From assembly GCA_013115125.1 (NCBI GenBank), contig JABANN010000020.1, positions 1 to 64,000 on the forward strand: a stretch of 64,000 nucleotides of DNA, in the 5' to 3' direction. This document shows positions 1-13,127 of the stretch, piece by piece. Position numbers and translations under genes: made by a program. Each line of letters starts with the position of its first letter. Within the stretch, counting starts at the first letter, position 1. The DNA is from Perkinsus olseni (Eukaryota). The notes beneath the pieces are model-generated. The model did no database searches and was not told the origin of the DNA. It saw only the letters and a program-made list of their open reading frames with translations.

Positions 1-471
1 CTGGTCTTCTGGTCCGGTGCGGCTGCCAGCAATCTGTGAGCTCATCAGTATGACGATAACCCATACAGAAGCCCCTCACCTTTGAACAGTTAAAATCTGC
101 AACGCTACCTGACTGAAGAAGTTCCTCGGCGCGCGGAGCATGGGAACATCGAGGATCCGAGCCGCTCTCCTGCCGGCGGTGATCACAACTGTCGTTCAAC
201 ACGTGTCGAGGATACCGGAGATCTTCCTGCATGTACTTCCCCTTGTTAGGGACCATCGCCGGTGGACGATTCTTGCTCCCCTTCATAATTCCACCCAGGA
301 ATACCGGACGTAATACAACATCAAGATTCCATGCGGTACCTACGACCATCAGATGGATACTCCTTGTGTATCGTCACACCTACGGTATTGCTTCAAGGTC
401 TGCCAAGCGAGGTAAGTGTAGGGTGATATAACATCATAGAAGAACTCAACCTTCACGTCGCCAGATGGCAT
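1..471 (-). CDS. GSTK1: Glutathione S-transferase kappa / DsbA-like (HCCA isomerase family); 5' part, runs off the window edge
   Basis: Spliced minus-strand translation MPSGDVKVEFFYDVISPYTYLAWQTLKQYR...WNLDVVLRPVFLGGIMKGSKNRPPAMVPNKGKYMQEDL matches the GST-kappa FYDVxSPY and P-x-FLGG-x-M motifs. Confidence 0.88.
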
Positions 472-972
472 GCGACAAGGTGAGCAGAAGGATCGACTGC
501 TAGCACAAGTCTGTATTGTCATCGGCGCTCACGCCTAGTATTTCTAAAACGACGGAACAGTCCTGTTCTGACGAGTCCCAGCAAGCTGGCAGCCGGGTCA
601 TTGTATGCATCGTGAAGTGAGGCCCGACTTTTGCTCACTCGATAAACAGTATATCATCGAGTCCTGGGTGATGTGCGGAGGTACAAAATCTTATGACACT
701 AGAACGCGACATTGTATGATGGGTCAACAGTTGGCATGATATGTGAAATACTCGCTAATGGTATCACAAACGAAAACAAAATTCTCGAGGAATATATAAA
801 AAAGTTGTGAAAAGAGCGCGGGATTTCGCTTGGAATTCGCTTGTCAACGGCAGAGGTGAAAAGCACCATTAGTGTACAGCGATGATATCGCGCGATCCGA
901 AACAGCAGGGAAGAACATCTTGACAATTAGTCACTGAACAGCCATCGCTCGTTGACATACTTATTAACGTCC

Positions 973-3900
973 TTATTTAGAGATAGTTTGCTCGGGATTG
1001 CACCATTTGCACGTGAAGCTTTCATCTTTGTACTTGTTCGAGGTGCGCGCCAACGGGCCCCCTTTATCCCTGGACCCTCGCAACCTAGCCGTACCGTCAA
1101 GACCAGCGACCCCACTGTGCGGTACGTTTCCGCAACACACGAGATCAAACTTGTCTCGGACCGAGCAGTCGCTATCAGAGCTGCACAATTTGCGCCACTC
1201 AGGCCTACGATTTGCAGCGCTGCCTCGGGGTCTAGCGTACGGATCCACGCAGAGGGAAAAGACACCATTGAGCATCTCCGGTACGTATTTTTCGAGTATC
1301 GTTGAAGACTCCTCTAAACATGGGTTTGAATTCACTTCAATAAGCCACACACCACCATCCTCATCTATCATGAAGTCGTATCCGAAGATCTGGAACGAGT
1401 TACTGTTGGGCGAGCGAAATTGTCTCAGCGTGGCATGCAATGATATCGCCATTGCTCTGTACATTGCTGAGCGCATCTCGCCGTGCACATCAAGCCTCGG
1501 TGGGCAGCTGGGTCCCCCAGCATTCTCATTAGCGTAAGCTTGCAAGTGGTCGAAGGACATCTGATTGCCGTCCTCGTATTGGCCGTAGTTGTCTCCACGC
1601 TTCTGGATGGCGTTGTTGCAGAGGTGCATCATCTTATCACCTTCACCATTCTTTCGAGACGGATCGTACTGTACCTGCCAGAATACATCGTAGTAGTCCA
1701 GCACATTAACGGCGTGCTCACCGATGCCGTCCGTACATAGCCTTCCCGGTAACAGTAGGCATGGAGAGTCGGTGTCAAAACAAGCCACATACGAATGTCG
1801 AACTTGCGCCGGTTGATGAGCATCGGCCGATCGATATATCTGCTGATCGTGATGCCAGGGAGCACGTTCCCTCCAGGGCGTGTGCATACTTTTGTAGAAC
1901 CCAGTTGGCAACGGCACCTTTACTCTCCTTGCTCTTCCCGTTCTTCGCAGCCACTTGAGCCGAGTTTCCTTGAGCAGCTGATGTGGTCGTCCTAACATGA
2001 CATTCAGCTGACCGCGTCCCGTGAATAGCATAATGGCGCATATCTAGTGGCCCATCTGATCGCAAAGTGCACCGAACTTACTCCTTCTGCCCGCATTCTG
2101 TTCCTTCGATGTCGGCGTTCTCCTCGCCCTTAGTGTGCGAGGGGACTGTGCTCGCCGTAGTTGAGACCACACTGCTGGATCTGTGAAAGAATTTCGCAGG
2201 AAAACGGAGCAAAAATGATGCGACATAGTTAAGCAAGAGACGAGCGTTACTCTGGGCCATCGGTGTCCTCTTGAGCCTTCTTGGCATTGCAGAGCTGGGG
2301 TACTTCAGAGATAGCCGCGTCCCTAAGAGCAGACAGTCGAAGGAACGACTTCCACAGGCACAGAGATCTTCTACAGGATTTCTTTGATTTCAGTCTTCCC
2401 GACAGGGCCGAGACTCGAGCTGCGGGCTCGACGTAAATCATTGACCTGCAATATTAAGATACACGCAGAGCTCCCGGTAAGAGGAATACCTCCGTGGACT
2501 CTGGGAAACTGAGACGACGTAGCATTTTACACTGTGGGCTATCTCTTTTGAACACGGCTCGACGGAGCTCTGCTGCAGTACGAATGACCTGCCATGGGTG
2601 AGTACAGTGAGAAGTGGTGAGGTAGCGAGCGGCACCACTGCCGCAGTCACCTTGATTCCACGACCACGGCTGAGGGCCGCAGGCTTGAGCATCCATTGGG
2701 GTTCGCCGTCAGGGGCTGCCGGCACGAAGCAGGACGGCATGGAGTACTTTACTGTAAGACTGGACTGGAGGTTCGTAGCGCTGACCGATCGACTTGAAAT
2801 CTGACGAGTAATAAGCACACTTGATGAATGCAGGTGATGATGCTGCAAGACTGACCAGACGAGACACCTTGTGAGGCTGGTCCATGCCGTTCCGGAGGAG
2901 GAACCGATTAGAGCCGGCACACAGGTTACTCGAGACTCGAATCTGAACGCAGAGCACATCAACAGTCGAACTCTCCCTAGCTTTCCCAAGCAACTATCAA
3001 TCTGCTACATGAAGTCTACGGTTGAGTGAAGCCTAGGCTCAATGCTCACACAAATATCGTCTTTCCGTGGTCGAGCATCTTCAACAGGATCTGCTGTACC
3101 CTCCTCTGCCACACCACAAGAGCAAACCTAACGGGACGTCAGCGCAGCCTCAGCTACTGAAGGGAGAGGCTTCACCTTGGTCATGATCTCGGTGGCGAGC
3201 GTGAAGTCCTTGAGCCCGGAGGATGCTTCCCCCGGGACAGCAGCATGATGATCTGCGCGCTTCAAGGAGATTATTATCGACACCGGTATTATCTGTTGAA
3301 GAATAAATCATCCTCTGCACTTTATGGTACCGAACCTTACGTCCCACAGGTTGATGTTGACCTCTCCACAATACCGTGCCAGGTTACGCAAGAGAGCTGC
3401 CTTTGTGCCTGAGCATGAGAAGAAGATGAGAAGAAGTGGTTGTCACTGAGAATGCTTTTCAATGCCCCACAGAGTTCATGACAGCCACCGAAGTAGTTGA
3501 CAAGCTGCGGTTGGCATACGGTGATGCCGCCCAGATCCTGGGAGTTGGCCATCCGTCGCAGAGTCTCCGTAGCATTAGGAAGACTTTGCTTCCACTTCAG
3601 GTTGAACATGCCTGATACTCGCTCGTTGCTGGGTGAGAGAGGTGTAGCGTCACCCTTACTATAGCAGAACTCAGAGTAACTGCCTTGATGCGTCACCACT
3701 ACTCTCCACCAGGGACGCGTTCGAGTAAGCATTCTTTCTATCGCGCTGTGGTTGTTGCCGGCGCAGAGGACTATGCTGAAGCATTTGCCTGAGGCCAGAT
3801 CCACTGGTGAGGAGGAAGAGGGAATGACTCTCAATTACCCTCCACATTTTGAATAGCATCCGCGTAGCTCAGGAGGTGACCTATGGCACCATTGGAAACC

Positions 3901-4912
3901 AGTAAGACACCAGGAAATCGGGCCCACCTGGAGGTAGGCTAGCAAGTCCTTCCTCTCTGGCTATCGCAGCCATCAGAGCAGCCCTGTTCTTCGAGAAGGA
4001 GATATCAGTATCAGGGAACGTCAGGCCTCGACCCAAGGATTGTGCCCGCCGAATAGCGCCACTGGGAGTCAGCGTGTCTGTACACCCGTCTTGGACCGGG
4101 GCTCCTGGAGGTTGCTCGGAGATCGTCACGTCCTCTCTCTTCAAGGCCGACGGCTTCGCCCCCACACGCCTCAATGTATTAACTGCTTCCACCGGCAGGA
4201 CTTTTTTCACGCTAACACGTTTCGAATAATTGCTCGGCCTTCTGCTGGACGGTTGTGCTTCAAGCCTTCTCATACTCACTACTCCATCCGGGTCGCCCGA
4301 GTACGGCGCGGTGGACCCCGCATCACCTACGTACAGCAGAGATCAGGACAGGGAGCAAGGACACCGTAGCGAGTGGGCGACGTACTGGTCCTTCGCTGTT
4401 GACCCGGTGATCGCTTCCTGTGCACCTTTCTAGGGTGAGCCACAGGTAAGGGAAACTGGCGATGGCGAGGTAGTGCAATCGACTGTCTCTGAGGAACAGT
4501 GAGTTCTCCAGATACCATCGCGCTGAATGGGAGGGTTAGCGGAGCGACGGAGGATCGATGAGTACCCGAGTAAGCGGCTGAACGGTGCCTTCCACTTCGA
4601 GTCCCTTTCTGATATCATTAACGGTTTCACGAGGCGTGAGGGATGCCAACGAGGTCCTACCGCGGTGTATGCCTGTAAACAAGAGCTTTGCAGTTGCCGA
4701 CATAGTGTCACCACTTGCTCACCGCGAGACCGAGCCGCATTGATAGCGATGATTTCTGGCAGTTCAGGCTTGCCGCCGGAGACCCTCGGGATGGTTGATC
4801 GACGACGCTTCAAACGAGAAGTCTGTTTCTCTTCGACGTCCGTCAACTCAGCTCGGTTCGCTAGCGATGCTGGCAGTAGCAACTTGAGCGAAGTTATCTT
4901 GCTGATCAGCAT
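973..4912 (-). CDS. Tubulin-tyrosine ligase family protein (TTLL3/8/10-like glycylase candidate), multi-exon, long low-complexity N-terminus; start approximate
   Basis: Motifs WMLKPAALSRGRGIKV, WVLQKY..RPMLINRRKFDIRMW, HLCNNAIQK and FQIFGYDFMIDEDGGVWLIEVNSNP are spread over successive exons; stop at 973. Confidence 0.85.
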
Positions 4913-5086
4913 TGAAAACAACAATATACCCACTAAATGCTCATCCCTTCGTAACAAGAGTTCCCCCAGAATGGTGTTAACGACGCAGAGCAAGGCATCT
5001 CATAAGAAACAGGAGTACGTTGAGGTAGGGGAGGATATGATGCAGACCAGTCGAAAAGAGGAAAGGACACCTTGGGTAGATGACGA

Positions 5087-7260
5087 CTAGAACCACGAAC
5101 CAAGAGAGCTGTTCTCCTTGATCTCTCGCTGGTTCTGTCTAGCTTCCCGAGATTTCTGTACATTAGGCTTGGCCTTGTTCTTGGATCGTAATTGACGATT
5201 CACCTGTCGGCCGATAACAAGGAGGGACGGCCAATATCATCGAGGTTACCTTCGCCCGGACGTCCTTCTCCTGGGGCTTTCGCCTCTGTCTCCGCAAAAC
5301 GTGGTTTTGGCTCTTGATGATACGCCGCTTCTCATCGCGGTCTTCCCATTCGGATGCCGTCGACTGAGAACAAGGAGCACTCCTCGAGGCCGTCACCAAC
5401 GCTGCAGCACTCACCCCCTGCTCATCGCTATCAGCTCCTCCATTCTCCTCAGGGGACTTCTTGTCCTCATCCCCTTCCATCTCTGCCAGCAGATCATCGA
5501 TTGTCTCGTTGCCCTCCGCTAAGTCAGGACAGTCCTCCTGGTCGAGCTCAGTGAAAGCCTGAAGTCCCGGTAGTGGCTAGGGAGTGGCGGCCAACTAGTG
5601 CTTACCGCGCAGCTGTCCATGAGAAGCTTATCCTCTCCTTCCGTGATAACGCCGGAGAGGCTGATGCCGTCCACTTTCGTCTTGGCACGATAAACAGGGA
5701 GAACATCATCCTCGAAGGAGGGAACGGTATCCACCACATACTTGTGGTTCTTGGCGAAGTAGGTAGCAATGCACTCGACATCCCTGATTAGTGATACAGC
5801 ATGAGCAAGGGTCCACAAGGGAGCATACGCTGATACCTCTCAAAGATACGCTTAGCGTCGGGATTCTCGACTGAGAGAACTTGAGGGAAATCAATAACGT
5901 AGACCTCGTAGTCCTCAACTTCACTGAGCTCATCTAGAGGGTCTTCCCGCCTGTAAGAGAGGATAAGTCAAAGCCTATCGAAGCTGCAGTGGTAACTATC
6001 ATACACTGTCCGTATGAGGAGATTGAATTCATTGAAGTCACCGTGGATTACACCGCTCTGGGCAATACTCAGAAGTAGGGACCTGAAGGTAATGACCTTT
6101 GACTCCGGGGTCTATCCTCAGGTACACTTGATAGCCGTATGAGGATGAATGAACATAAGATGAGCTCCCACGGTAACCCTCGGGCGTGAGTATCTTTCTG
6201 TATCTTTCATTCTGAGTCCACATGCACCTCCTACTGATGATACAGCAATGCTATTTTGGCATTAAGGAGCGGGTTCACAGTAGAATTGCCGCGCACTACG
6301 CAAGAAAAAAAAGAGAAGATAGCGTACAGTACCATCTACTACATGCATCTTTCAAGGAGTATCTCAGGCTTCTCCAGCTTCCGTATTTGACACATAGGAG
6401 TAGCATCATCAAGATACTCCATCACAATAGCATGTCGGTTACTGCCCACAGGCTCAGGGACCTGCCAAGGACCACTGAAGCACTAGCCGGGCAGAAGAGA
6501 ACGTACAGGGAAGCCGGCCTTGTAGAGCTCAGTGAGGTAGGCATACTCCTTAGCGGCAGCCAATCGGGCTAAGTACATCCTAATACAGTAGAGTGGCGCA
6601 AGACCAATGGTGTCCCTTGAGACCTACCAGCTCGCCGACTGACGATGCTGTAGATAATCCCGATTTTCCTTTACTGTCTTGAAGGATACTCTCCCGAGAC
6701 GATGGAACTTGATAACAAGCTGACGGCCTATCGCAAGTGCACCACATGGACTCGGGAAGAGGGGAAGCTGCTATCACCTTCATCATCAGTACAGACATGA
6801 ATATCGCTCTCCTTACCAACGCCGACTCTCTGGCCTACCCCCGCGATGTTGCCACGGGACATCAGTGTTCTGAAAAGACCCATGAGACTTACTAGGAGGA
6901 AGAGATCACCTCACCGGAGGGCTAGGAAATCGTAGCCGTTGTAAGTGAGCTTATATCCGTCGTATGTCTTCCCATCATGAGCTACGAGTTTGTGCTTGAG
7001 GAGGTTCTGCAGGGTCTTGAAGCAACCTGAGCCGCCCCACCAAATACAGCGGAATATCGTCGGAGAAGGACAGTACCTCCCCGCTTAAGGCCAGCTATAC
7101 TCTCGACTAGCTGCAGAGGGACGAGCTCGTGGTTCTTGTGGCCAACCTCGAGCGCCTGAGCGTGGCTGAATGAAGGTCAATGGGAGCTGTAAAGGATTAC
7201 CTGGAGAACTCGTAGATCCTCTTTACTGAGGTACCGGAAGATTTCACAATCCAAACGCAT
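5087..7260 (-). CDS. RIO2: RIO2 atypical protein kinase (pre-40S maturation), multi-exon
   Basis: N-terminus [33 protein letters not shown]..., [46 protein letters not shown], acidic then basic C-terminus ending ...SSLGSWF*. Confidence 0.93.
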
Positions 7261-7332
7261 CCGACTAAGGGAAAGGCAACTGAGGTATCACCACCATGAG
7301 CAACGCTCCGCTCCGAACTCAATGCAAAAGAT

Positions 7333-8852
7333 TCAAGGAAACACCAATTCGGAAACAGTATCACCAGTAAAGGACATGCTGATGGTCGTCATCATCATCT
7401 TCTCCTTCTGACAGCACATCAGGCTCGAGCTGCTGATGGACCCCCTGGTTGTCACCATTGAACCGCCCCTCTGTGAAATAGTCCGGATCAGGAATATGTG
7501 TATCAAGTGGACGATTATTGTGCTGAGGATGGGCGGGGATGCGGAGTGGATCGCAGACAAGGCCCCCACCTCGGATGAAGGCCTTGACACCGCAGCCTCC
7601 CCGGTGAAAGGTGTCGTCCTACGCTTGTGTTTACGGCCACGAACGGGCGGTGCCAATCTATAACGGTTTGCGTTGGAAGCCCCTCCGATTCCACTACTAC
7701 AGCTCCGCTCTCTCCAACGCTATTTCCTTCACTTCCTTGCTATCCAGTAGTGAAACGTCCTGCTTGCCACGGACCTGTGCCTCGTGAGCGGCTATGAGAA
7801 TCCGAGCTTGATCATGCTCTGCCGCAATAAGAGCTCTGACGTCAGAGCGGTCTAACTTATACCTACCGACCACATCTCCCTTCCCTTCAATCCTCCGCTA
7901 TTACATATCCTCTACGTGGACTCTGTCCTTGAGGTAGGTTTTAACCCTTTGGAGACGTTTCCGCTTCAGCCGAACCGCGCACTGCCAGCAAGTCCTCAGC
8001 ACCTATGATGAGTGCATCACAAGGCTGCTCTCATCAGTCCCGACGTACGGTCTGCCACGCTGTCTTCTCTGGAGTAAGACCCAGATCCTGCAGCTCGAGG
8101 TAACCGTGGATGAAGCGCTCATTGAGCTTGACTAGGGCCGGATGCATGTCGGCTTCCTTCATCTCTTGCATAACCTACAGAAAATTCAATCCCCCTTCCG
8201 TTGACACCCACCAGACGCACCATGAGGGCGGATGATGCTGTATGCCTGTGGGAAAGGATGAAGCCATGGGCTAGCAGAGAATAGGAGGTCTCATCCATCG
8301 GCAGGTTATGGGCCTTGAATAATCTACTACTCTTATACCACTCATTGTAGTCTCCCTGACACACACAGTAGCGGCCAGTGACTCCATCAGTCGCCAACCT
8401 TCACGAGGGCCTTCCACATTATTGAATTGAGGGAGGTCCGCAGCTGTTGGGTATTGGTAAAGTCTAGCTCGTCGCCCGCCTCCTCATCAGACTCTATTAC
8501 ACCGCTCTCTGCTTCCAGCTGTGCCTGCCATGATCCCCTCTCGAGTGTCCTCTCCCTAGCCATTCCTACATCGAGGTAGCTGTAGTTCTGCCTTCTGTAG
8601 CGAGGCAGCTCCTCCTTATCCAATATTTCGACCACCGTTAGCATAGAGGTCCTGAGGGCCTACGTTCCAGTTTCCTCAGCCCGTGTCAGGTCATTACTCG
8701 CTCTCTCCATCCGCACCGAAAATTGGCCGTGCTATTTTAGGCTTACTGACGTAGTGTGTCTGAGGGAAGACTCGAAGGCCCCGGGCTCCTGAGGGAAGCT
8801 GGTGACGGGCGGTTACGAGGAGGTCACGAGTGAAGGTTGTGGAAAGGATCAT
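7333..8852 (-). CDS. Putative mitochondrion-targeted PPR-like helical-repeat protein; 3' end approximate
   Basis: Basic/hydroxylated leader MILSTTFTRDLLVTARHQLPSGARGLRVF; PPR-like segments LNSIMWKALVK.GDY and PMDETSYSLLAHGF...ALMVMQEMKEADMHP. Confidence 0.5.
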
Positions 8853-9198
8853 TGAGTAACATATTGGAACTGATTTGAGCTCGAAAAGTCACAAACGTGC
8901 ACCATTCCGGCAGCGGAGCGTAGCCGGTATTTGTCAACTTTCTATGATTTACTTCTCCTTCAGGGAGCGCATCTTGTGAGTTGTGGGAGCAGGCCAAGGG
9001 CGGGTAGGAAACGACTTAACCCTCGGAGGCGTTAACCCGTGATATTCCTGGCAAATGGAGGAGGAGGAGGAGGAGGGCGGGCAGTGCGCACGTCCGATCC
9101 CGGAGTTGCTGTCCAGGGTAACCTGACCCGCCAAAGATACTTCCTCGGAATTTGTACTTTAGATTCTGGGAGTTGTCGCTAGTTTTAAGAGTTCACCA

Positions 9199-10786
9199 AT
9201 GGCACCTCCCTCACCGCCTGATTCATTCTCGAATTATTACTCCAAGTGGGACTCCTATGCTGCTGGCCTCGGTGAAGATGTTAACGATGATGAGATGCCG
9301 GGCTCAATAGCGGACCAGTCTCGGCCAGTGGCCGAGGCTAGGCAACAGATGGAACGCCAAAATCAAGTCTCTGCGCAGAAGGTACTATCGTAGCGGTACT
9401 CGAATACCTCAGAATTTAGATTTCTAACTCTAAACTTTTCAACTTTCTCGGCGCATCCTCGCGCCCGTACTGTTTCGGTACTGTCCGTTAGCCGTAATCT
9501 TGCGTGTGCGAGAGGTCATAGTCGATGGCTTCAACCTGCTTGAGTTGAGCTGGCGGAGTTACGACTCGTAGTAGTCTCGAGGCTGTCCATTGAGCTTGAA
9601 TCCGCTAACTAGTGAACGTCTGATCTCGAGTATCGGGGAAGTTCTTGCTCTGCCATCGCCTCCGCTCGCGGCAGCTCGATCGTGCCCGCTCTCAGGCCGC
9701 GATGCTCGCTAAAATGAAGGAGAATGAGGTGACATTGGAAGCGAGTGATCTCAAGGACGATGATTCCAAAGTTATCCACGTATCGGACAAAGGGCTAGAG
9801 GACAAAGCACTGAGGCTACGAGGAGTGAAGGACCGCACTGTTCTCGTGGAGGTGGATAAAATATTGAAGTTGTTCATCGAAGAGTTCGAGGGCTGCAAGG
9901 TGTTGGTGCAAAGCCAGTTGGTCACTGGAACGGCTGAGCTGTGGTCCTGTAAGAACTCCTCCTTGTGTCTCCTTAAAGGGGTAGAGACGGTCCAGTGCGA
10001 CGCCTGTAACGATGTGTCAATCACCGGCGCTGTCAGAGTGTGCAGTAGTAACTGTACGGCGTTGAAGATTAATGGTGCGGAGGTAGCAGAAACAGGGAAG
10101 ACTGAGCAGATCCTGAGCAAGTCCGATGAGCATGGCAAAGTCACCAGCGATAAGATGCAGCGGTTCGGCCATGACCAATTGCCGGTGATGGATCTGGAAG
10201 AGAAGACGAAGCCTTCTGCGGAGAAGGACATAGCCGAGTCGCAGAAGGAGCTGGGTAGGAGGTACTGGTGTGTGGTGTGGTAGTAGTGCTATCAGGTAAC
10301 GATGCCTTCAAGGAATGCGACTTTATGCAAGCAGTAGTTTTCTACACGAACGCATTGGACCATGACCCTAGGATGGCAGTGGCCCTGTCCAACAGAGCAC
10401 AGTGTTGGTTGAAGCTGGGAGACCTGGACAAGTGAGGGCAAAGTGGGAGGGAAGGGTGAATAGCATGTGCCTGACTTCAGGGCGGAGACAGACGCCTTGA
10501 AGGCCGCCGGGTTGGAGGAGGCTCCTGATCGGATAAGAGCCAAGTCGTGGTTCCGCGCGGGAATGGCTCGGCACGGCAGAGGTACTGAACGCTTCATGAG
10601 TAGAGGAGCTCATCCGATTGAGATTCCTCTTGGCGGACTGTGTTACTAGTTGGTGGTGCTGCAGGTGACTTCGCCGGGGCTTGTGAATGCTTGAGTAAAG
10701 CACAGGAGATTGACCCCAAGAACCCTCAGATCGATCATGCCTTCAAGATGGCAGAATTCAAGATGCGTCAGAAGCCAAGGCAGTGA
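9199..10786 (+). CDS. TPR-repeat protein with an N-terminal CAP-C/TBCC-like beta-helix region
   Basis: TPR GNDAFKECDFMQAVVFYTNALDHDPRMAVALSNRAQCWLKLG and AKSWFRAGMA; upstream beta-helix-like KLFIEEFEGCKV...AELWSCKNSSL...TVQCDACNDVSI; stop at 10784-10786. Confidence 0.75.
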
Positions 10787-10902
10787 GTAGAAACTTTTTC
10801 CTTGCAAGTGTACTTTTCCTCTCAAATACTGTGACTACTTTCTAGCCTCCTTGCCGCCCTGAGCTAGCTCAATTAATACATGTCCTAGTACCGAATTTTT
10901 GA

Positions 10903-13127
10903 ATGATCCCACCCCCTGCCCCGGAGTCGGAGGAGGCCGTGGGGGCTCCTGAGGCAACTGGTGGTGCCGCTTGCCGTGTCCAACAGCTCTGCACTCGCTG
11001 TCAGTCCAAGCTGGAGGTCGTTGATTACGATACCCAGGAGAAGCAGGTGTGAAGCATCTCTCATAACTATCGTCTGCCCCTTTTAAGTGACAATGGCGTG
11101 TCTCAGGCCAAGGCCGAGATAGCGGCTCGAGACCTAGAGGATCGGATAGCGGCGGCAACAACAGACTGCCCGAGGGGTGCTTCACTACGAGAGGCTCTCG
11201 AGAAGGTAGGCCGTCATGGGGAGGTACCTGGGGCCAGTGTGCGATCGTTCTTAGGGGAAGAATCTGAGCTCAGTGGAACGGCTGAGTCTGCTCGGCAGTG
11301 CCTTTGCTCTTGTACTACCGCCCGAGGCCCGGGAGAAGGATACTAGCGTACCGCTCTGTGAGCCATGTGCAATGGACGTAAGTCCACTAACGGTCATCTA
11401 TCGAGGCCGTGCGACAGTTCCCGCGCTAGGTGGTGGCTTTGTGGCAGCGAGAACTGGCGCTGCGACGGGCGGAGCTAGCTGAGGCCGAGCTCGCCTTGGC
11501 AGAGCTGGATCAACAGGTGGCAGAGGGTGACGAGCAGGATGACGATGATGACGACGTCCGGGCCCTCGAGACCGAGGTAGGTGATCACAGGCCGGTCCTC
11601 GGGTAAGCGGATCGTCGGCAGATAGCTGGCATGGAGAGGGAGTTGGAGGAGTTGAAGGAGACTTCACAAGAACTGGAGGCTCGTCTAGAGACAGAGGAAG
11701 CGGAGGCAAGGGTCCAGCTCCGACGGGAAGAGTACCTCCATAAGGAGACCGATGACTACATTGTAAGCTACAGTAGCACGGCACATCTTCGACTAGTACT
11801 AGGGAGCAGGTGGAACTGGTCGGCCATGAGGAGGCCACGGGTAGCGTTAAAGCCCAAGTAGAGTACACGAGCGCTGAGATATCAAGACTAAAAAGGACCA
11901 GCGTGCTGGCAATGGCCTTCAGGATTTGGTACTCAAGTAGCAGCTCGACCATCTCGGACCCCCCTTCGTCGCAGGCACTCCGGGCCTTTTGGGAGCATCA
12001 ACGGCTTCAGGATGGGCCGCGTACATGACTACCAGATCCCATGGTCGGAGATTAACGTTGGGTGGGGGCAGATGGCCCTTCTTCTGGACGTCATCGTGCG
12101 GTAAGGGTAGTGACCTTCTCGAAGCAGAGCCACCATCCGCCTTGTCCCAGGCGAGTGGGAGTTCCCTCGGCTTATCGGCTCCTTCCGAGAGGTTCGTGCT
12201 CGGCTATACTTCGGAAGTCGGACAACGCCGTGATGGAGCTGCACACTAGTGACGGAGGGTTTGCCAGATTCTTCACTGGACGCAAGTGAGTTCCTATGGG
12301 GTTCAACCCAAGGCATGGGCACCGGGGACTTTTGCGAGCGCTGTTTGAGGGAAATAGAAGCTCCTTGGCATCTGCCTTCTCCTATCGTTATTACACTTTT
12401 CCTTCGATGGGTCGCCTTGAAGCATCCCGCGAGATGGGAGCTAGCGGGTCGTGTGCGAAGCACTCTGACCCTCGCCGTCCCTGTAACAGGGGCATGCGAA
12501 GAAAACATAGCCTCGAAGGCTGGAATTTCATCTCTTCTAGAAGCTGAATGAATGACGGCTCCTAGCTTCTCCATTTGCAGTTTTTCGGACCTTTCGATCT
12601 CGTTCCCCGAAACTCTGTTATTCGAAGATTGCCTGAACTCCTGTAAGGCTCGTATGATGATGATGACGATTGTTGTTGTTGTTGCTGTCAGGTTCGATGC
12701 CGGCATGTGCGCCTACGTTAATGTTGTTCAGGAGGTTTGTACCTTCTCCGAGCGATTTAGGAGCCAACCATTGAGGTGGGGATGGTCAGTTAGGAGGTGT
12801 CTGTCATAACCTTGGATATGCTCCAGCTAAGCCGGGGCTCGGCCCTCTGAATATTTCGGGTGCTCTAGAATTGGTCGTTGGTACCTCATCCCCTCAGATT
12901 GCCCTTTAGCATAGAGGGCGATAAGGTCGGCGGTTTTTCGGTGGCACTGCAGTTCAACCAGGAGGAGAGGTAGGTGGCAGTGAGCGATCGTGCCCACCTC
13001 CAGTGCTTTCCTTCACAGATGGACGAAGGCTATGAAGTACTTGCTCACTAATCTCAAGTGGTTGATGGCATACATAGAGTCCGAGCCTCTGCCGACGACC
13101 TCTCCCGTCGCTTCGGACGATGGCTGA
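10903..13127 (+). CDS. ATG6: Beclin-1/ATG6 autophagy protein, multi-exon
   Basis: N-terminal CxxC (LCTRCQSKL), coiled coil, AFRIWHSGPFGSINGFRMG, PWSEINVGWGQMALLL, KFDAGM, WTKAMKYLLTNLKWLMAY. Confidence 0.93.

Noticed and set aside
225-290. Suspected homopolymer frameshifts in GST kappa
   Set aside because: Recounting the C-runs shows the frame is intact.
8949-9170. GC-rich stretch between divergent genes considered as SRP, RNase P/MRP or telomerase RNA
   Set aside because: No conserved SRP helix 8 or P4 motifs. A polypyrimidine-AG followed by GTGAGT and a later TTTAG fits a 5' UTR exon plus intron better.
12315-12340. AAAAGTCCCC on the minus strand resembling RNase MRP CR-I
   Set aside because: It is followed almost immediately by the antisense of an ATG6 exon, and no matching CR-V was found.
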